Shown: piece by piece, positions 38,320-49,009 of the stretch
How positions within the stretch are numbered: position 1 is the stretch's first letter
How the letters are laid out: each line of letters starts with the position of its first letter
Source of the DNA: an uncultured Thermoplasmata archaeon
GTDB taxonomy: Archaea; Thermoplasmatota; Thermoplasmata; Lutacidiplasmatales; UBA184
Assembly: GCA_963809035.1 (NCBI GenBank)
Contig: CAWEHV010000002.1
Span: forward strand, 1,716,701 to 1,780,700
Direction: 5' to 3'
Length of the DNA stretch: 64,000 bases
Notes under the pieces: generated by a model
Databases searched by the model: none
What the model was told of the DNA's origin: nothing
What the model saw: the letters and a program-made list of their open reading frames with translations, nothing else
Program-made: the position numbers and the translations under genes

Positions 38320-40020
38320 TTGCTAGCTTCCTTCCCGGACCCCTCCTTCTCCTCGAGGATCCGCACTGTTCGACCGGCAGGTTCATTAGGAACATACGCA
38401 CTACATAGTACGTATGGCGTTCCCTCGGGTCATCACCACGCGCGGCCGACACTATCTCCAGCAGGTCGAGTCGGTCTGGGACCCGAAGAAGAAGCGCTCC
38501 GTCACCCGGGTCCTCGCCCATCTCGGCCCCTGCGATGAGGGCGGCAAGCTCCTGCGCCCGCCTCGGGCCCGGGTGGAGAGCGTTCACTCCTCGTTTCCGG
38601 TCGGTCCTCTCGCCGTGCTGTATGCCGCGGCCCGTGAGCTCCGGGTGCGCGAGCATCTCCAGAGGGTTCTTCCGGGGGCTCCTACCGAGCTGATCCTGTG
38701 TCTCGCCCTGAACCAGGCCACGGCCCGCGTCCCGATCTGCCGCCTTCCCGAGTGGGTACGGGCGAGCCCGCTGCCTCGGTGGGAGAGCTTCCCGGCCGAG
38801 GAGCTAAGTCCTCGACACTTCGAGGAGGCACTCTCCTCGCTCTGTCACCTCACCCCGGAGAAGACGTGGGAGGACCGGGGCCTCCTGCTTCAGCAGGAAC
38901 TCACCGGGGCGTGGCGGGGCCGCTCTCGAGAGCCGGCCGGCGCCTACTACGACATCACGAAACAGGCGTACTACGGGAAGCATTGTCCCTACGGCCAGTT
39001 GGGCCACGACGAGCGGGGCACGGCCCCGGTCGTGGGGTTCGGGATGGCCGTGTCCCGGGAGCATCACCACCCGATCCTCTGTCGAGTCCTTCCCGGTGGA
39101 CAGAACGATTCGCTGAGCGTGGCTCCCACGCTGGAGCTGCTCCAGTCCCAGGGTCTGCGGCATCTGACGCTCGTGATGGACAAGGGGATGACGTCGAAGG
39201 CGAACGTGCTCCGAGCGCGCGAGGCGGGCTACCACGTCATCGGGTCGGTCAAGGGGTGGAGCGCCGAGTCGGTGGAGCATGCCTCTCGATGGCCCGGGGA
39301 GGAACTGGAGCGCTCGGAGTTCGTGGTCGGGACTTCCCATGGAGGGGCGGTGTATGCGCGGGCGTTCACGGCGCCGCTGCTGGGGCTACCGAAGGTGAGG
39401 ATCGCGGTGGTGGAGAATCTCTCCCGCAAGGCGGAGGATCGCCAAGCGCGGGACCTTCTGCTTCAGGAGTTGGAGGGACCGGTGGCGAAAGCTCGGTTGG
39501 AGGAGATCCGCTCGGAACTGGGCGAGGTCATCGTCACCGCCCGAGGAAGGAGAGGGTTCCGAGTCGACCCGAAGGCCGTGGAGCGGGAACGGGCGCTGGA
39601 CGGCCGCTTCCTGCTGTTCAGTACGGTCCTCTCGCTCGACGGGCGAGCGATGTACCGGGAGGTACTTCGCGAAGGATGCGGTGGAGAAGGCGTTCCGCAC
39701 GAGCAAGGGGGAACTGTCGCTGGGCCCGGTGAGGTATCGTCGGAAGGATCGGTTGGACGCCTACGCCACGGTGGTCTACGTGGCGTATTTGCTCTGGAGT
39801 TGGGCGGAGCGGAGGTTGCAGGAGAAATACCCCGAGCGGAGCCTGTCGGAGGCGATGCGCTCCCTCGAGAATCTGGCGTGGGTACGGTTTGGGACCGGGA
39901 AATCCGTCCGGGAGTGGGCCACTCGCCTCACCACCGAGCAGGAGAAGGTTCTCGCCGCCGTCAGCGCCGTACAGTATGTAGCTACATACTAACAGGCCGC
40001 GAGCTCAGGTCAGAGTTCTG
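38320..40020 (+). mobile_element. IS1634/IS4-superfamily (ISH-like) insertion sequence interrupting the helicase gene
   Basis: About 1.7-kb block. Carries a DDE transposase in two frames and separates the two halves of one helicase reading frame. Terminal repeats are only weakly recognisable (…tatgtag…). Confidence 0.6.
38414..39992 (+). CDS. IS1634/IS4-family DDE transposase, two frames (38414-39690 and 39681-39992; frameshift near 39670)
   Basis: 'VMDKGMTSKANVLRAREAGYHVIGSVKG' and C-terminal 'AFRTSKGELSLGPVRYRRKDRLDAYATVVYVAYLL' (cf. the 'E.FR..K..L..RP..H....R..AH' end of IS4/IS1634). Either a sequencing error, a programmed shift or a pseudogene. Confidence 0.65.
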
Positions 40021-41652
40021 ACAGACTCCGATAATCCTTTTCCCGAAGTTCTGTGCGAATACTGACTTGCTTCTGTGGCAGTTCGGGCAGACTTCGAACT
40101 GCACCATACGCTGTCCAACATTGGGTCGCGCAACGGCAGCGTAGAGGGGGTCCCGAGTTCCGATGAGGATTCCTCCCGTGATGTTGGACTTAGGGAATAC
40201 CTGCCTCGAGTTATGCAAGAGAATCGTCAGCCGGCGGTACATGTCCTCGTTAAGAATTCTAGTGGGAAACGCGAGCACCGCTCGATTTCCGGTCCATAGA
40301 TAATACAAAAGGGAATTTGCCATGAAAACGAGGGTCTTACCCGTCCCTGTGGGGGCCTTTACCAGGTGGCACGATCCAGCGACCTTGGCGTTCAACAAAA
40401 GTTGGACTTGCCTTTGAATGGCCAACCATTGAAACCAGTGCAAATGCGTGATTTCCGGGAATGAACGATGAATCGACTCGATGACCCCAGCAAGAGTCGC
40501 AATCCGGCCACTTGCCTTCAGTTTCATCAATTCCTCCTCTGAAAGGCAATCGAGGTGGGATGCCAGGCCCTCTTCATCTCCGAGTTCGCTTATTGGGGGT
40601 CCAGGCACGGGGCGGATCAGCACGCTGTCGTGGACGGCAGTCATGGCGGCAATGAGGAGCTTTGATGAACCGGGCGGAATCGTGACCACGCAATTCACAC
40701 CGCGGGGGGCGTTTTGCTGAATCTCAGTGAGGAACGCCCGTCGAGCCTCCCCCGCCTCCTCGGCGACGAGCCTCTGAGAATCGTCTTGCGTCGGGAAGGT
40801 AATATCTCGGTCGAATGCTATTCGAACTTCGGGGAAAACAATCGTCTTCTCTCCCCAGTACGTTGCGGCAGCTGCTTCCTTTTCGCTCACATGCGTGACG
40901 TTCGTAACATCAATCTCTAGGGTCGGGGGGTTTCCGTTCGATTCAGAACTCAGCCGGGCGGTCACTCGAACGGTCCTCGGAGGCGAGCGATGCAACAGAA
41001 CAGCCGCTCCGGTCGGGCGTGCTGCGTTCGACTCCACCTCTGCGTTCTGACGGCTCTCTTCTCTCAGGACTTCGCGGAACTCGGGAATCTCAATGGTGAA
41101 ATCGTTCGAGGTCCCTAAGTCAAGCTTTCCCTCCCAAGTGTAGTGACCTAGGGAGAGGCCGATTGGCCGGACGGCAGATCCAATTTCGCTGCGGAGATTT
41201 GCCCGTTTCAGACCGGGTCCCTCTGTGGACTCGACGTCAAAGAAATCACGAGGTATCGAAGGACGCTTAACCGATCTCCGCTCACGCAACCCGTGTTGAG
41301 TTTGCTCGGCATAGGAAACCCACCGTGGTACGGAGAAATCGATTCGGACTTGTACCGCACCGGGATTCGAGAATAGCGGAACGATCACGCGTATGTAGGG
41401 TGCGTACCGCCATGCTTGATTTCGCTTTCGAATCGAAACATCGTGCGGCACCAGGTAGTTCGCGAGGAACGAGTCCCGCACCTCGCGCAGTGGGCTGAAC
41501 GTGACCTGGTGTATCTGGGGAGCAGATATTTGATCGAGCGCGAGACTGTCAGGTCTGTTCGGATGAGAATCGGCAAGGAATCGACGAATCCGGTCATCCA
41601 GTGTCCCTGAGAGTGAGCTAGCTGCGACCATATGTGAGCCCTCCGTGACCAA
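39982..41652 (-). pseudogene. SF2 helicase, N-terminal portion (large N-terminal domain, Walker A 'APTGTGKT', zinc finger 'CPNCH') of the IS-split DrmA-like gene
   Basis: Motif I near the C-terminal end of this ORF. Reading frame runs into IS sequence and stops at 39982. Confidence 0.6.
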
Positions 41653-43855
41653 GAAGCGTCACTTCGACTGCTCGAACCTTGAACCCGCCGGGACTAGCCA
41701 ACCAGACACCCCCGACTCTTGCCCTGGGATACGCGAAGGCGCACAAATGCTCGACTGCTTTCGATACCGAGTAGGCCGGGCCGACCGCGGCACCGGCACC
41801 TCGAAGCGAAACGCTTCCGAAGCGCCGGAAGACACCGCAAGCTCGCTTCACCAGTCCGCGAAAATCCGCGTCGCGCGGAACGTTTATGATTCTTGGAGCT
41901 GTCCCCCCTCCCGCCTCCTTCCAGAGTTCCTCTTGTGCGGTCCAATCTTTACGCTGTTGGGAAGCTTCCAGATTCGCCAGCTCGATCACAAGAGGCACCC
42001 TCGAACCAGTCCCCCCAACCGCGAGTCGTGTTAATTCGGTGTGTTTTAGCCAGAACATGGGATGGGCTCGATCCATCGAGAGAGCGTGAGTGGAAAGTCG
42101 AGCAAAATCTGGTGTCGTACGAAATCGTTCCTCGTCATCGACTGAACCCCGGCGGGAGAGTTTCTCCCACTTAACGACGGATTGTGGAGTAACCTGACTA
42201 GGTACGTAAACCCAAGTGTCCTCACAGTCAATGACGTGGGCAGAGTTCCTAAGGGATCTGAGGGACTCCTTGAGTGGGCGCACCCCGGACCACGCGCGGT
42301 CCAATAGCTCGACGCCAGCGTCGGAGATTGAACGGTATGACTTGACGATACCTAAGGCGGAAATCTCCTCCGCGCGCTGCCGCGATATCACTTCGATTTT
42401 GTGGAAAGGTTCCACTTGGAACTCAAATCGGTCGGTCTGGGTTCGCTGACGTCCGCGCAAGGTGTCGGACAGAATCACTTCGATCCATTGGCCCGGCTGG
42501 AGACTTCGGATAAAGCCCCGACGACGCTCAAAGTCCTCGAAATCGAAGATCAATTGTGATGGCAGTCCGAACACATCTCTGGCGAAGATAGAGGGTTGTG
42601 AGCAATATCTATCGAGAGGGGCTTTCACCTCGAATGGTGAGACGAATGTTCGGCTAAATGGGTGGTGCCCTTCTGACCACGTGTTGCGATCGATATTGAA
42701 TGCGGCGAATTGCCCTGCGTCGGAAACCAGAGCCTCCAGTGAGGGCAAGGAAGCCAGATGGGTCATAATGAATGTTCGGATTGCCGGGTCGAGTTGTTGA
42801 GTAGACAGGGAGCCCGCGTCGCCCGTGTTCCGCACGCGACCGAGGTAAGGGTAGGCTCTCCAACGTGCCAGGATTAGCCGGCGAAGGAATGTCCGCGCGG
42901 GATCGGCCCTGCCTTCCCGGTGCCTCTCAGGACTGATTGTCGTGCTAAGGTGCAAGATGGTGTCGAATTCGGGAACGTAGATGCGGAAGTAGTTTCCAGA
43001 GTAAGCTCCGCCGAATCTAGTCTTTTCCACGCTGAGTATGATTGACTCGAGTTGTGGGGTCAATCCTTGAAGCTCTGCATCCTTCCAGTCCACCATTCGA
43101 TGGGAGAAATCTCTGACAAAATCGATTCCGAGTGCGGCTGTAGGGTTCGTGGCAGCTTCCTCACGAAGCTTTGCCCAGATTGAGTTTAGCTCGGCAGAGT
43201 CGAAAGGTTTCTCAGCTTCGAGGGCCAAGTCTGTTCGGAGGTAGTTGATTCGATCCTCGTTCTTCAGGTATCGGCTATACAATTCGCTAAGCAGATTCGA
43301 AACTAGCTCGACGGGAGCCAATGGAATCTCCGCAGCATCCTTCCGCTGCTTCCACGATTCGATTGAGGAGAGTTCTGGTCGAAGCCCGTAGTCTTCCAGC
43401 TCCGCCTCCACCTTTGGCCAATCGGCGCTTCTAAACTGCCAGAACGCGAATTCGCCATCCTCAGTGCGAAGCAGCTCATGTCGCGGTGAGAGAGCGGCCA
43501 AGTGGGCGTACAATTGCGTCGGAAGCCAGGTCTCAGATACATCCAGGTACACGTGCTCCGGGTCTCTAAGAAGCCCGAGTCGGATGGATGGGAGGCGTCG
43601 AGCCCGGAGGATGTAATCCACTTTCGACGCTTGGATTGGATGAACCGATCCTTCCTGAACGATACCGAAATCCGGCGGTCTGCCTTCAACTCGAAAGCTC
43701 CTCAGAATCCATCCGTTTAACAACAAAGGCCGTCGACCAGCTCCGGTAGGTAGCCAATGGATGGGGAGCCATGTCCGGTCAAGAATCCGAAGGAATTGAA
43801 CATGGCTCCCTTCTGGGAGGTTCCCCTGGAAGAATCCCCAACCCGCCATCGGCAT
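41618..43855 (-). CDS. 745-aa protein of unknown function, first gene of the operon (DrmE-like by position)
   Basis: Long ORF with a 35-nt overlap onto the helicase start. No recognisable catalytic motifs. Confidence 0.45.
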   Translation of the reverse strand: MPMAGWGFFQGNLPEGSHVQFLRILDRTWLPIHWLPTGAGRRPLLLNGWILRSFRVEGRPPDFGIVQEGSVHPIQASKVDYILRARRLPSIRLGLLRDPEHVYLDVSETWLPTQLYAHLAALSPRHELLRTEDGEFAFWQFRSADWPKVEAELEDYGLRPELSSIESWKQRKDAAEIPLAPVELVSNLLSELYSRYLKNEDRINYLRTDLALEAEKPFDSAELNSIWAKLREEAATNPTAALGIDFVRDFSHRMVDWKDAELQGLTPQLESIILSVEKTRFGGAYSGNYFRIYVPEFDTILHLSTTISPERHREGRADPARTFLRRLILARWRAYPYLGRVRNTGDAGSLSTQQLDPAIRTFIMTHLASLPSLEALVSDAGQFAAFNIDRNTWSEGHHPFSRTFVSPFEVKAPLDRYCSQPSIFARDVFGLPSQLIFDFEDFERRRGFIRSLQPGQWIEVILSDTLRGRQRTQTDRFEFQVEPFHKIEVISRQRAEEISALGIVKSYRSISDAGVELLDRAWSGVRPLKESLRSLRNSAHVIDCEDTWVYVPSQVTPQSVVKWEKLSRRGSVDDEERFRTTPDFARLSTHALSMDRAHPMFWLKHTELTRLAVGGTGSRVPLVIELANLEASQQRKDWTAQEELWKEAGGGTAPRIINVPRDADFRGLVKRACGVFRRFGSVSLRGAGAAVGPAYSVSKAVEHLCAFAYPRARVGGVWLASPGGFKVRAVEVTLLGHGGLTYGRS

Positions 43856-43904
43856 AATCAGTGACAGATCTAAAGGGGTGGAACGAGGAGGGAAAATCCC
43901 TAGT

Positions 43905-45335
43905 CTATATCACGAAGTCGCGGACGTCGATGACTCTGAACTTCGGTCCTGCGTCCCCAAGGCTGGCTTCGATCACAAGCCGAGCCAGGTGTTCCCTGCA
44001 GTCTCCCTGCATGCGAAGCACATCCATGCGAGTCGCCGAAGCGTCGGGAGGAATGCAATGGAATGAGAGATGGGTCGACTCTTGAATCTCACCGGTGACG
44101 GCAACACCTGCTGCCGCCGCTGCCGTCTTCACTGCTCGTCGGAGAAAATCGGTCAGGACTCCATCTTCCAGGCCTTTTGGTACACGAATGTCGAAGCCCT
44201 GTTCGGGCCCGTCCCCGGCAAACGACAGGATAATCGGAATCGGGTCGGCGGTTCGGCTTTCCGAAAGAACCCTGGCAAGTTCCGTTGCCTGGCGGTGAGA
44301 AGCTAACGCTGCCGTTGCAGACTTGGCAGCCTCTCCCATTGATTCGTGCGCCGCCCTCTTCTTTTCGTAAGAGGAAATCATCTCTTCTCTGGCGGCCCGA
44401 TCTATGCCGGCACTGATCACCGACTTTATCGACTCTGGAACACGCAGTGCTCCGCGCTCCATCGCATCTAGGAAAACCAGTTCGTCTCTCGCGGCAAGAT
44501 AGGCCGCCGCCGCAGATTTGTGAAACTCGGATTCCTCCCAAGCACCGACGTTTCCGATGGCCTCGAGCTCGGCAATCGAAGAGACGTGAAGTCCTTGCGG
44601 CCTCAAAATCTCATTTGCCCACTCGACCAGGTCCGTCCGCGCGACCCGGAGTTGTTCCTCGAGTGGGCGACTCCCGCCAATCCGGCCAGAAGGTCGCGAC
44701 CCCGATTCGATTCTTCGAAGCGATGATGCAGCCCGGCTGACGACTTGCATCGCTGCTTTTGCAGGATCGTCCGCATATGTCTGCAGGTCGTGCAGAACTG
44801 TGTCGTGCGCTTCCTGGGCGCCCTTCCGCAGCCGCTCGGCCTCATCCTTTTCCCGTCCGAGTCGCTCGACCTCCCTCGTCAGAATCTCGGCCCTTGACTG
44901 TAGTCGCGCTTTTTCCTGTTCCACCTGGAGGCTCTGTGCTTGATAGGCCAGCTCAAGCTCGCGCGCGCGTTTTTCCAGTTGATTCTCAATCCACGCTTGA
45001 TCACGCGGTGGCTCCCGTTCGGCTACAGCAGCAACTGACCGAGGTGGGACGGCAGTCAGGTGCCATTGAAGGTACTGCCCCCTTGCCGATGCGATACGAC
45101 CCCTGGCCTTCTCAAGGTATTCTTCCCATTGAGGCCGTGAAAGGCCGGTGAGAAGGAGCCTCCCTTTCGCAATATCCTCGATATCGACTCGAGCATGTTC
45201 CGATTTCGCTTTGGGTAGCGTCCCAAGATACGAATTCAATAGCCCTTTGAATCCCTGAACAGCGGTCGAAAGGTCGCCCCCTTTTACCTCGATTTCTGCC
45301 AGGAAAGAGGAAGCTTGCGCCGTCATGCACCCCAC
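43905..45335 (-). CDS. 476-aa coiled-coil-rich hypothetical protein
   Basis: Central region 'ENQLEKRARELELAYQAQSLQVEQEKARLQSRAEILTREVERLGREKDEAERLRK' is a strong heptad pattern. Confidence 0.45.
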   Translation of the reverse strand: MGCMTAQASSFLAEIEVKGGDLSTAVQGFKGLLNSYLGTLPKAKSEHARVDIEDIAKGRLLLTGLSRPQWEEYLEKARGRIASARGQYLQWHLTAVPPRSVAAVAEREPPRDQAWIENQLEKRARELELAYQAQSLQVEQEKARLQSRAEILTREVERLGREKDEAERLRKGAQEAHDTVLHDLQTYADDPAKAAMQVVSRAASSLRRIESGSRPSGRIGGSRPLEEQLRVARTDLVEWANEILRPQGLHVSSIAELEAIGNVGAWEESEFHKSAAAAYLAARDELVFLDAMERGALRVPESIKSVISAGIDRAAREEMISSYEKKRAAHESMGEAAKSATAALASHRQATELARVLSESRTADPIPIILSFAGDGPEQGFDIRVPKGLEDGVLTDFLRRAVKTAAAAAGVAVTGEIQESTHLSFHCIPPDASATRMDVLRMQGDCREHLARLVIEASLGDAGPKFRVIDVRDFVI

Positions 45336-45465
45336 GCATCAGCTCTCTCCCTCATAAATGTGAGCAGCTCCGGAACTCTCAGGGCTTGCCCATGCCTAGT
45401 TGTTATCAGTGGTTTCGTTCCTCCCACGTCGCATCGCTCGTTCCCCTCTTCGCGAGGATCGATCG

Positions 45466-45669
45466 ATGCAGGCAGCCGGCATCCGGAATCCGCCCGCCGA
45501 ACGCGACCCCACGCCGACAGACGCCAACCATGGAGCCCCCCGCCTCCGCACCGTCACGGGAAACCGTTTCCCGCGCAAGTGCTCATGCGGGTGCGGCTGC
45601 GAAACCCGCCAAGACCGAATGACTCTCTACTTTGCCCATTTCACGCGGAGTCAATCGTGCTCTGCATAG
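45466..45669 (+). CDS. Small protein (67 aa) with conserved N-terminus '...HGAPRLRTVTGNRFPRKCSCGCG', truncated paralog of 49010-49741
   Basis: ~100-nt block about 85% identical to 49025-49135. Differences fall at third codon positions of this + frame (gga/ggc, cgt/cgc, ccg/cct, tca/tcg), which is what coding selection would produce. Confidence 0.45.
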   Translation: MQAAGIRNPPAERDPTPTDANHGAPRLRTVTGNRFPRKCSCGCGCETRQDRMTLYFAHFTRSQSCSA

Positions 45670-45839
45670 CCCGTGCTCGGCGCGAATCTACAGCCTCGGT
45701 AGGCATCCCCCTTCGAGTTCGCGAGCGAACAGGGAATCGAGTCCTGTTAAGGAAACGATTCCCGGCAGGAGATAGCTCGTAGAGTCGCCGACGCGAACTC
45801 GATGGACCAAGAGACGCGGATCCGAAGCGCAGTTCGGAG

Positions 45840-47645
45840 TCAGGTTCCTCGAAGCCATGTCAAAGCCGCTCCAATCTCGTTGGGCTCGCACTCGCGAACT
45901 GCGGGTATTCGCGACAGCTGTGATTTGGGGTGGTCGTGGTCTCCATCAGTCACGATAAGGAGTCTGTCGGCGGCTATTCCCTCCCGCGCAAGGTCGTCGA
46001 GAGCCTTTCCGAGTTCGGTTCCCCCTGACGTTTGTAAGTGCTTCGACATCGGTGAACCCCGGAGATCGCCACCCGGGACGAGACCAGCGTTGAAACGGTA
46101 GATATGAACGAATGAATCCGAGACCGCACTTCCCAAAGCGACCTGGACCTCAGGTTTCTCGTACGCGTCACCCATGCTACTCGAAACATCAAGCAGCAGG
46201 ACCAAGCAGAGACCTTGCAGTGGTGCCTTCGCTTTGGAGACTGCATCCAGAAGGTTGCTTCTCACTAGGTCCAAAGCCGGACGGTTTCCCGGATGAACTC
46301 CCTCAATCAGCACGGATTGAGGAGGGAGATTGGGTCGGACCCCTGAGTCGTCGTAATTGAGTACTAAGACTCCTCCCGAGTCCGGAGTGCCACCGACATA
46401 CTTCGTGCAGACTTCCTCCACGTGCTCCTTCGTCAGCCGTGCTCGTTGCTTGAACTCGACTACTGCGACCGTGCTTGCCGGCACGCTGGGGTCCTCTGAA
46501 CAGATTCTCAGATCCGGCTGAATGTCGTAAGGAGTCCCTGGGGCCGGCTTGGTTCTGATTCGTACCGCAACGCAGGCGTTCGGATACTGACGCGAACGCA
46601 AAGAGGCGACGATGCCCGGAAGGTAGCCATCGATCGCAACTCGGTGGCCATTGACGATGGGGATCGGACCAAGAAATGCGAGCTCATTCAGCACCACGAT
46701 TGTCGACCAGACCTCGTAGGTCTGCCACCTATGTTTCCAAAAAGGTAGCTCCAGAACGTCGAGTGTCTTGTTGATCCACTCAACCTTGTCGTTGCGGGCA
46801 GTGTGAATTTTCGAGGCAATCTCGTTGTCAAAGAATGTGACTGCCTCGGTCCTCGGGCTAACAGCCACCTCAGAGGCGAAGAGAAAAACGAGGGCCCAAC
46901 CCGGAACCAGGTCTGTCAGCATTTGGGCAGCATCCTCAAGCGACGCGAAATGTGTATCCGGTGGCGCCGTCGTAACCTTCAATTCTGGAACAGTTCGGAG
47001 CTCGTTCCTCACTTCGAGCTCATTTGCGTACTCGTCGATTATCCACTGGAATGCGCGCTTGGTCCATGACAAGACTCTCCCGAAGTCATCGGCACCGCTA
47101 GATGGAACCGGTAACCGAAGACGTTGTCCACGACGGTATCCGAGGCTGGGTCCGGGAGTGTTTTCTGGGAGTCCTTCCCTGATAATCCGTTCGAGGTCGA
47201 AGAACTTGTGAAGGATCTGGGGAGTCAACAGTTTGACGTCCACAGGAGAGAAGGCAGCTTTGACCTGGTTGAGCTGTTTGCGAAATGACTCGAGATTAAC
47301 AGGAGTCGTTTTCCCGGTCGGGTCAAGCTGAATCGTAAGTGTCTCGGTAGTCCTTGTCGCGGAAATAGCTGCGAGGTAGCTCCATATTTCTTCAAACATC
47401 TGACTGAAAGGCTGGACAACAAGGAGAATCCTCTCGAGCAAGTCCTCAGCAGTCATCTTCGATGAACGAAGAAACTCGTCCAACCCGTTTTCCGGGCAGC
47501 CGACAGCACGACAGAGGTCTCTCTCCAGAGCAACATCCCGACCCCGATCCGGCTTGAGATCCAGCCCTCGATTTCGCAGGGCCCCGTAGAGCTCAGCCGC
47601 CGTCTTCAAGACGGGGGGAGAATCCCCAGAAACTCTTCGACTCAT
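45840..47645 (-). CDS. 601-aa protein with C-terminal von Willebrand factor A (vWA) domain
   Basis: MIDAS-type 'LLLDVSSSM', 'GGTELGKAL', 'LIVTDGDHD'. N-terminal ~450 aa unassigned. Confidence 0.65.
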   Translation of the reverse strand: MSRRVSGDSPPVLKTAAELYGALRNRGLDLKPDRGRDVALERDLCRAVGCPENGLDEFLRSSKMTAEDLLERILLVVQPFSQMFEEIWSYLAAISATRTTETLTIQLDPTGKTTPVNLESFRKQLNQVKAAFSPVDVKLLTPQILHKFFDLERIIREGLPENTPGPSLGYRRGQRLRLPVPSSGADDFGRVLSWTKRAFQWIIDEYANELEVRNELRTVPELKVTTAPPDTHFASLEDAAQMLTDLVPGWALVFLFASEVAVSPRTEAVTFFDNEIASKIHTARNDKVEWINKTLDVLELPFWKHRWQTYEVWSTIVVLNELAFLGPIPIVNGHRVAIDGYLPGIVASLRSRQYPNACVAVRIRTKPAPGTPYDIQPDLRICSEDPSVPASTVAVVEFKQRARLTKEHVEEVCTKYVGGTPDSGGVLVLNYDDSGVRPNLPPQSVLIEGVHPGNRPALDLVRSNLLDAVSKAKAPLQGLCLVLLLDVSSSMGDAYEKPEVQVALGSAVSDSFVHIYRFNAGLVPGGDLRGSPMSKHLQTSGGTELGKALDDLAREGIAADRLLIVTDGDHDHPKSQLSRIPAVRECEPNEIGAALTWLRGT

Positions 47646-47946
47646 GATTCAACCAAAATGACATGATGATTCTAAACCTCTTCCAAATTGCTAGCTGCGA
47701 CAACCGTACTCACTTGCCACCCCGGGGTTCCTGACTCGGCTTTCGCCTGTCCCTCCCCTCACGAGGGAAATGTGACCTAACCCCCGTCACAAACCGGTCC
47801 TTGTCAGACCTCCCATCATGGTATGAGACCGCGGGAACCCCCGTCGCTTTGCAGCCTATAGGGGGAACCTTCCCGCATGTACGACCTTTATCGTGAGGGG
47901 AGCGATTCCCCACCCATGATCGACCTAGGCCGATCCCGCCCCATCG

Positions 47947-48960
47947 ATGGCCGACACTAGCCCGAGCTCCGACCCCCTTTACGTCGGCTGGATGACAGGT
48001 TACATGCACGCAGAGTGCGCCCACCTCTTCTTCCACAATGGCGCGATCTCTAAGGAGACCGACCGGCATCGACTTCTCCGAGCGATCTTCACGTACCAAA
48101 CCCTGGTCGAAACCCTCCAGCCTAGCGACCAAGCCGAGATCTCGAAGGGCCTCAAGACCATGGTCGCGGAGGTAGCGGAGGCGAAGCTCAACATCGGAAC
48201 GGTCCAAGAAGAGGACTTCGACCGCTGGCACGATTCGGTCATGGGAACGCTGCGTGCGAAGATTCCCTCGGCGTACCACGCAGCCGGATTTGCGAGCACG
48301 GTCTCAGACCTGTGCACCCCCCCGAAGACGGCAGGGTGGATTCGTCACGCGTTGAATCACACACTGACCCAGTACTACCTCCCGAAGATCGGGCGGGCCA
48401 TTTCCAACGATGCGCACGATGTGATCGCAAGTGACTGCGTCCGTTTGGCGGGTTGGGTTGACGAAGACCCGGTCGTGGGCCCAGAAAGGGTCGGGAAAGC
48501 GCTGAGGGCCCAGGTACGGGAGCAGTGGACAGACCTCGTCCTGGGCCAGAAGTCCGCCCCCGATCTTCTGAGCGGCGGAAGCCAGGCCTGGCTCTGGATT
48601 CTCGGGGCCCTCCTCGCAATCGGAATCGGCCTCGGCATCGCGGCCATAGTCGCCCTGCCATTCTTCGTCGTTCTATGGATCGCGAAGGTGAATCTCGCCA
48701 ACATCACGCTGAGTTCAACGAACAATGTACTTTCAACCGTGCAGACCTTCTTGGGAATCCTGACCGCTGTCGGGGTAACATTGGGGTTCGTCCTCAAGAA
48801 GGCCTATCAAGGATTCGAAGCGGCCTTCTCGTGGATTGGAGTACGGTTGGCCGGGCTTCGGTCGCTCGAACGGAACCAGGGCCCCGGCAAAGCGCGGGCT
48901 GTGAAGACTCAGCAACCTGAGGTTCCCGCGGAACCCAGTCTTCCCGTTGCCCCGACGTAG
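47947..48960 (+). CDS. Hypothetical protein with two C-terminal TM helices
   Basis: 337-aa ORF. 'AWLWILGALLAIGIGLGIAAIVALPFFVVLWIA' and 'FLGILTAVGVTLGFVL' helices. Confidence 0.45.
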   Translation: MADTSPSSDPLYVGWMTGYMHAECAHLFFHNGAISKETDRHRLLRAIFTYQTLVETLQPSDQAEISKGLKTMVAEVAEAKLNIGTVQEEDFDRWHDSVMGTLRAKIPSAYHAAGFASTVSDLCTPPKTAGWIRHALNHTLTQYYLPKIGRAISNDAHDVIASDCVRLAGWVDEDPVVGPERVGKALRAQVREQWTDLVLGQKSAPDLLSGGSQAWLWILGALLAIGIGLGIAAIVALPFFVVLWIAKVNLANITLSSTNNVLSTVQTFLGILTAVGVTLGFVLKKAYQGFEAAFSWIGVRLAGLRSLERNQGPGKARAVKTQQPEVPAEPSLPVAPT

Positions 48961-49009
48961 CACCTCCTGGTGGGCCTCGCCCGTCCCTTCCTTTGGCGAG
49001 GGACGTGCG

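Noticed and set aside
38698-39732. 344-aa Gly/Arg/Pro-rich + ORF inside the IS1634-like element, and 178-aa antisense ORF 38804-39340
   Set aside because: They are alternative-frame or antisense readings of the transposase gene with extreme GC3-driven composition. The transposase frame carries the recognisable DDE and C-terminal motifs.
45396-45578. Minus-strand small ORFs ('GKRFPVTVRRRGAP...') over the conserved ~100-nt repeat, also 48733-49164
   Set aside because: The substitutions between the two repeat copies fall at third positions of the + frame, not the minus frame, so the + strand reading is the selected one.
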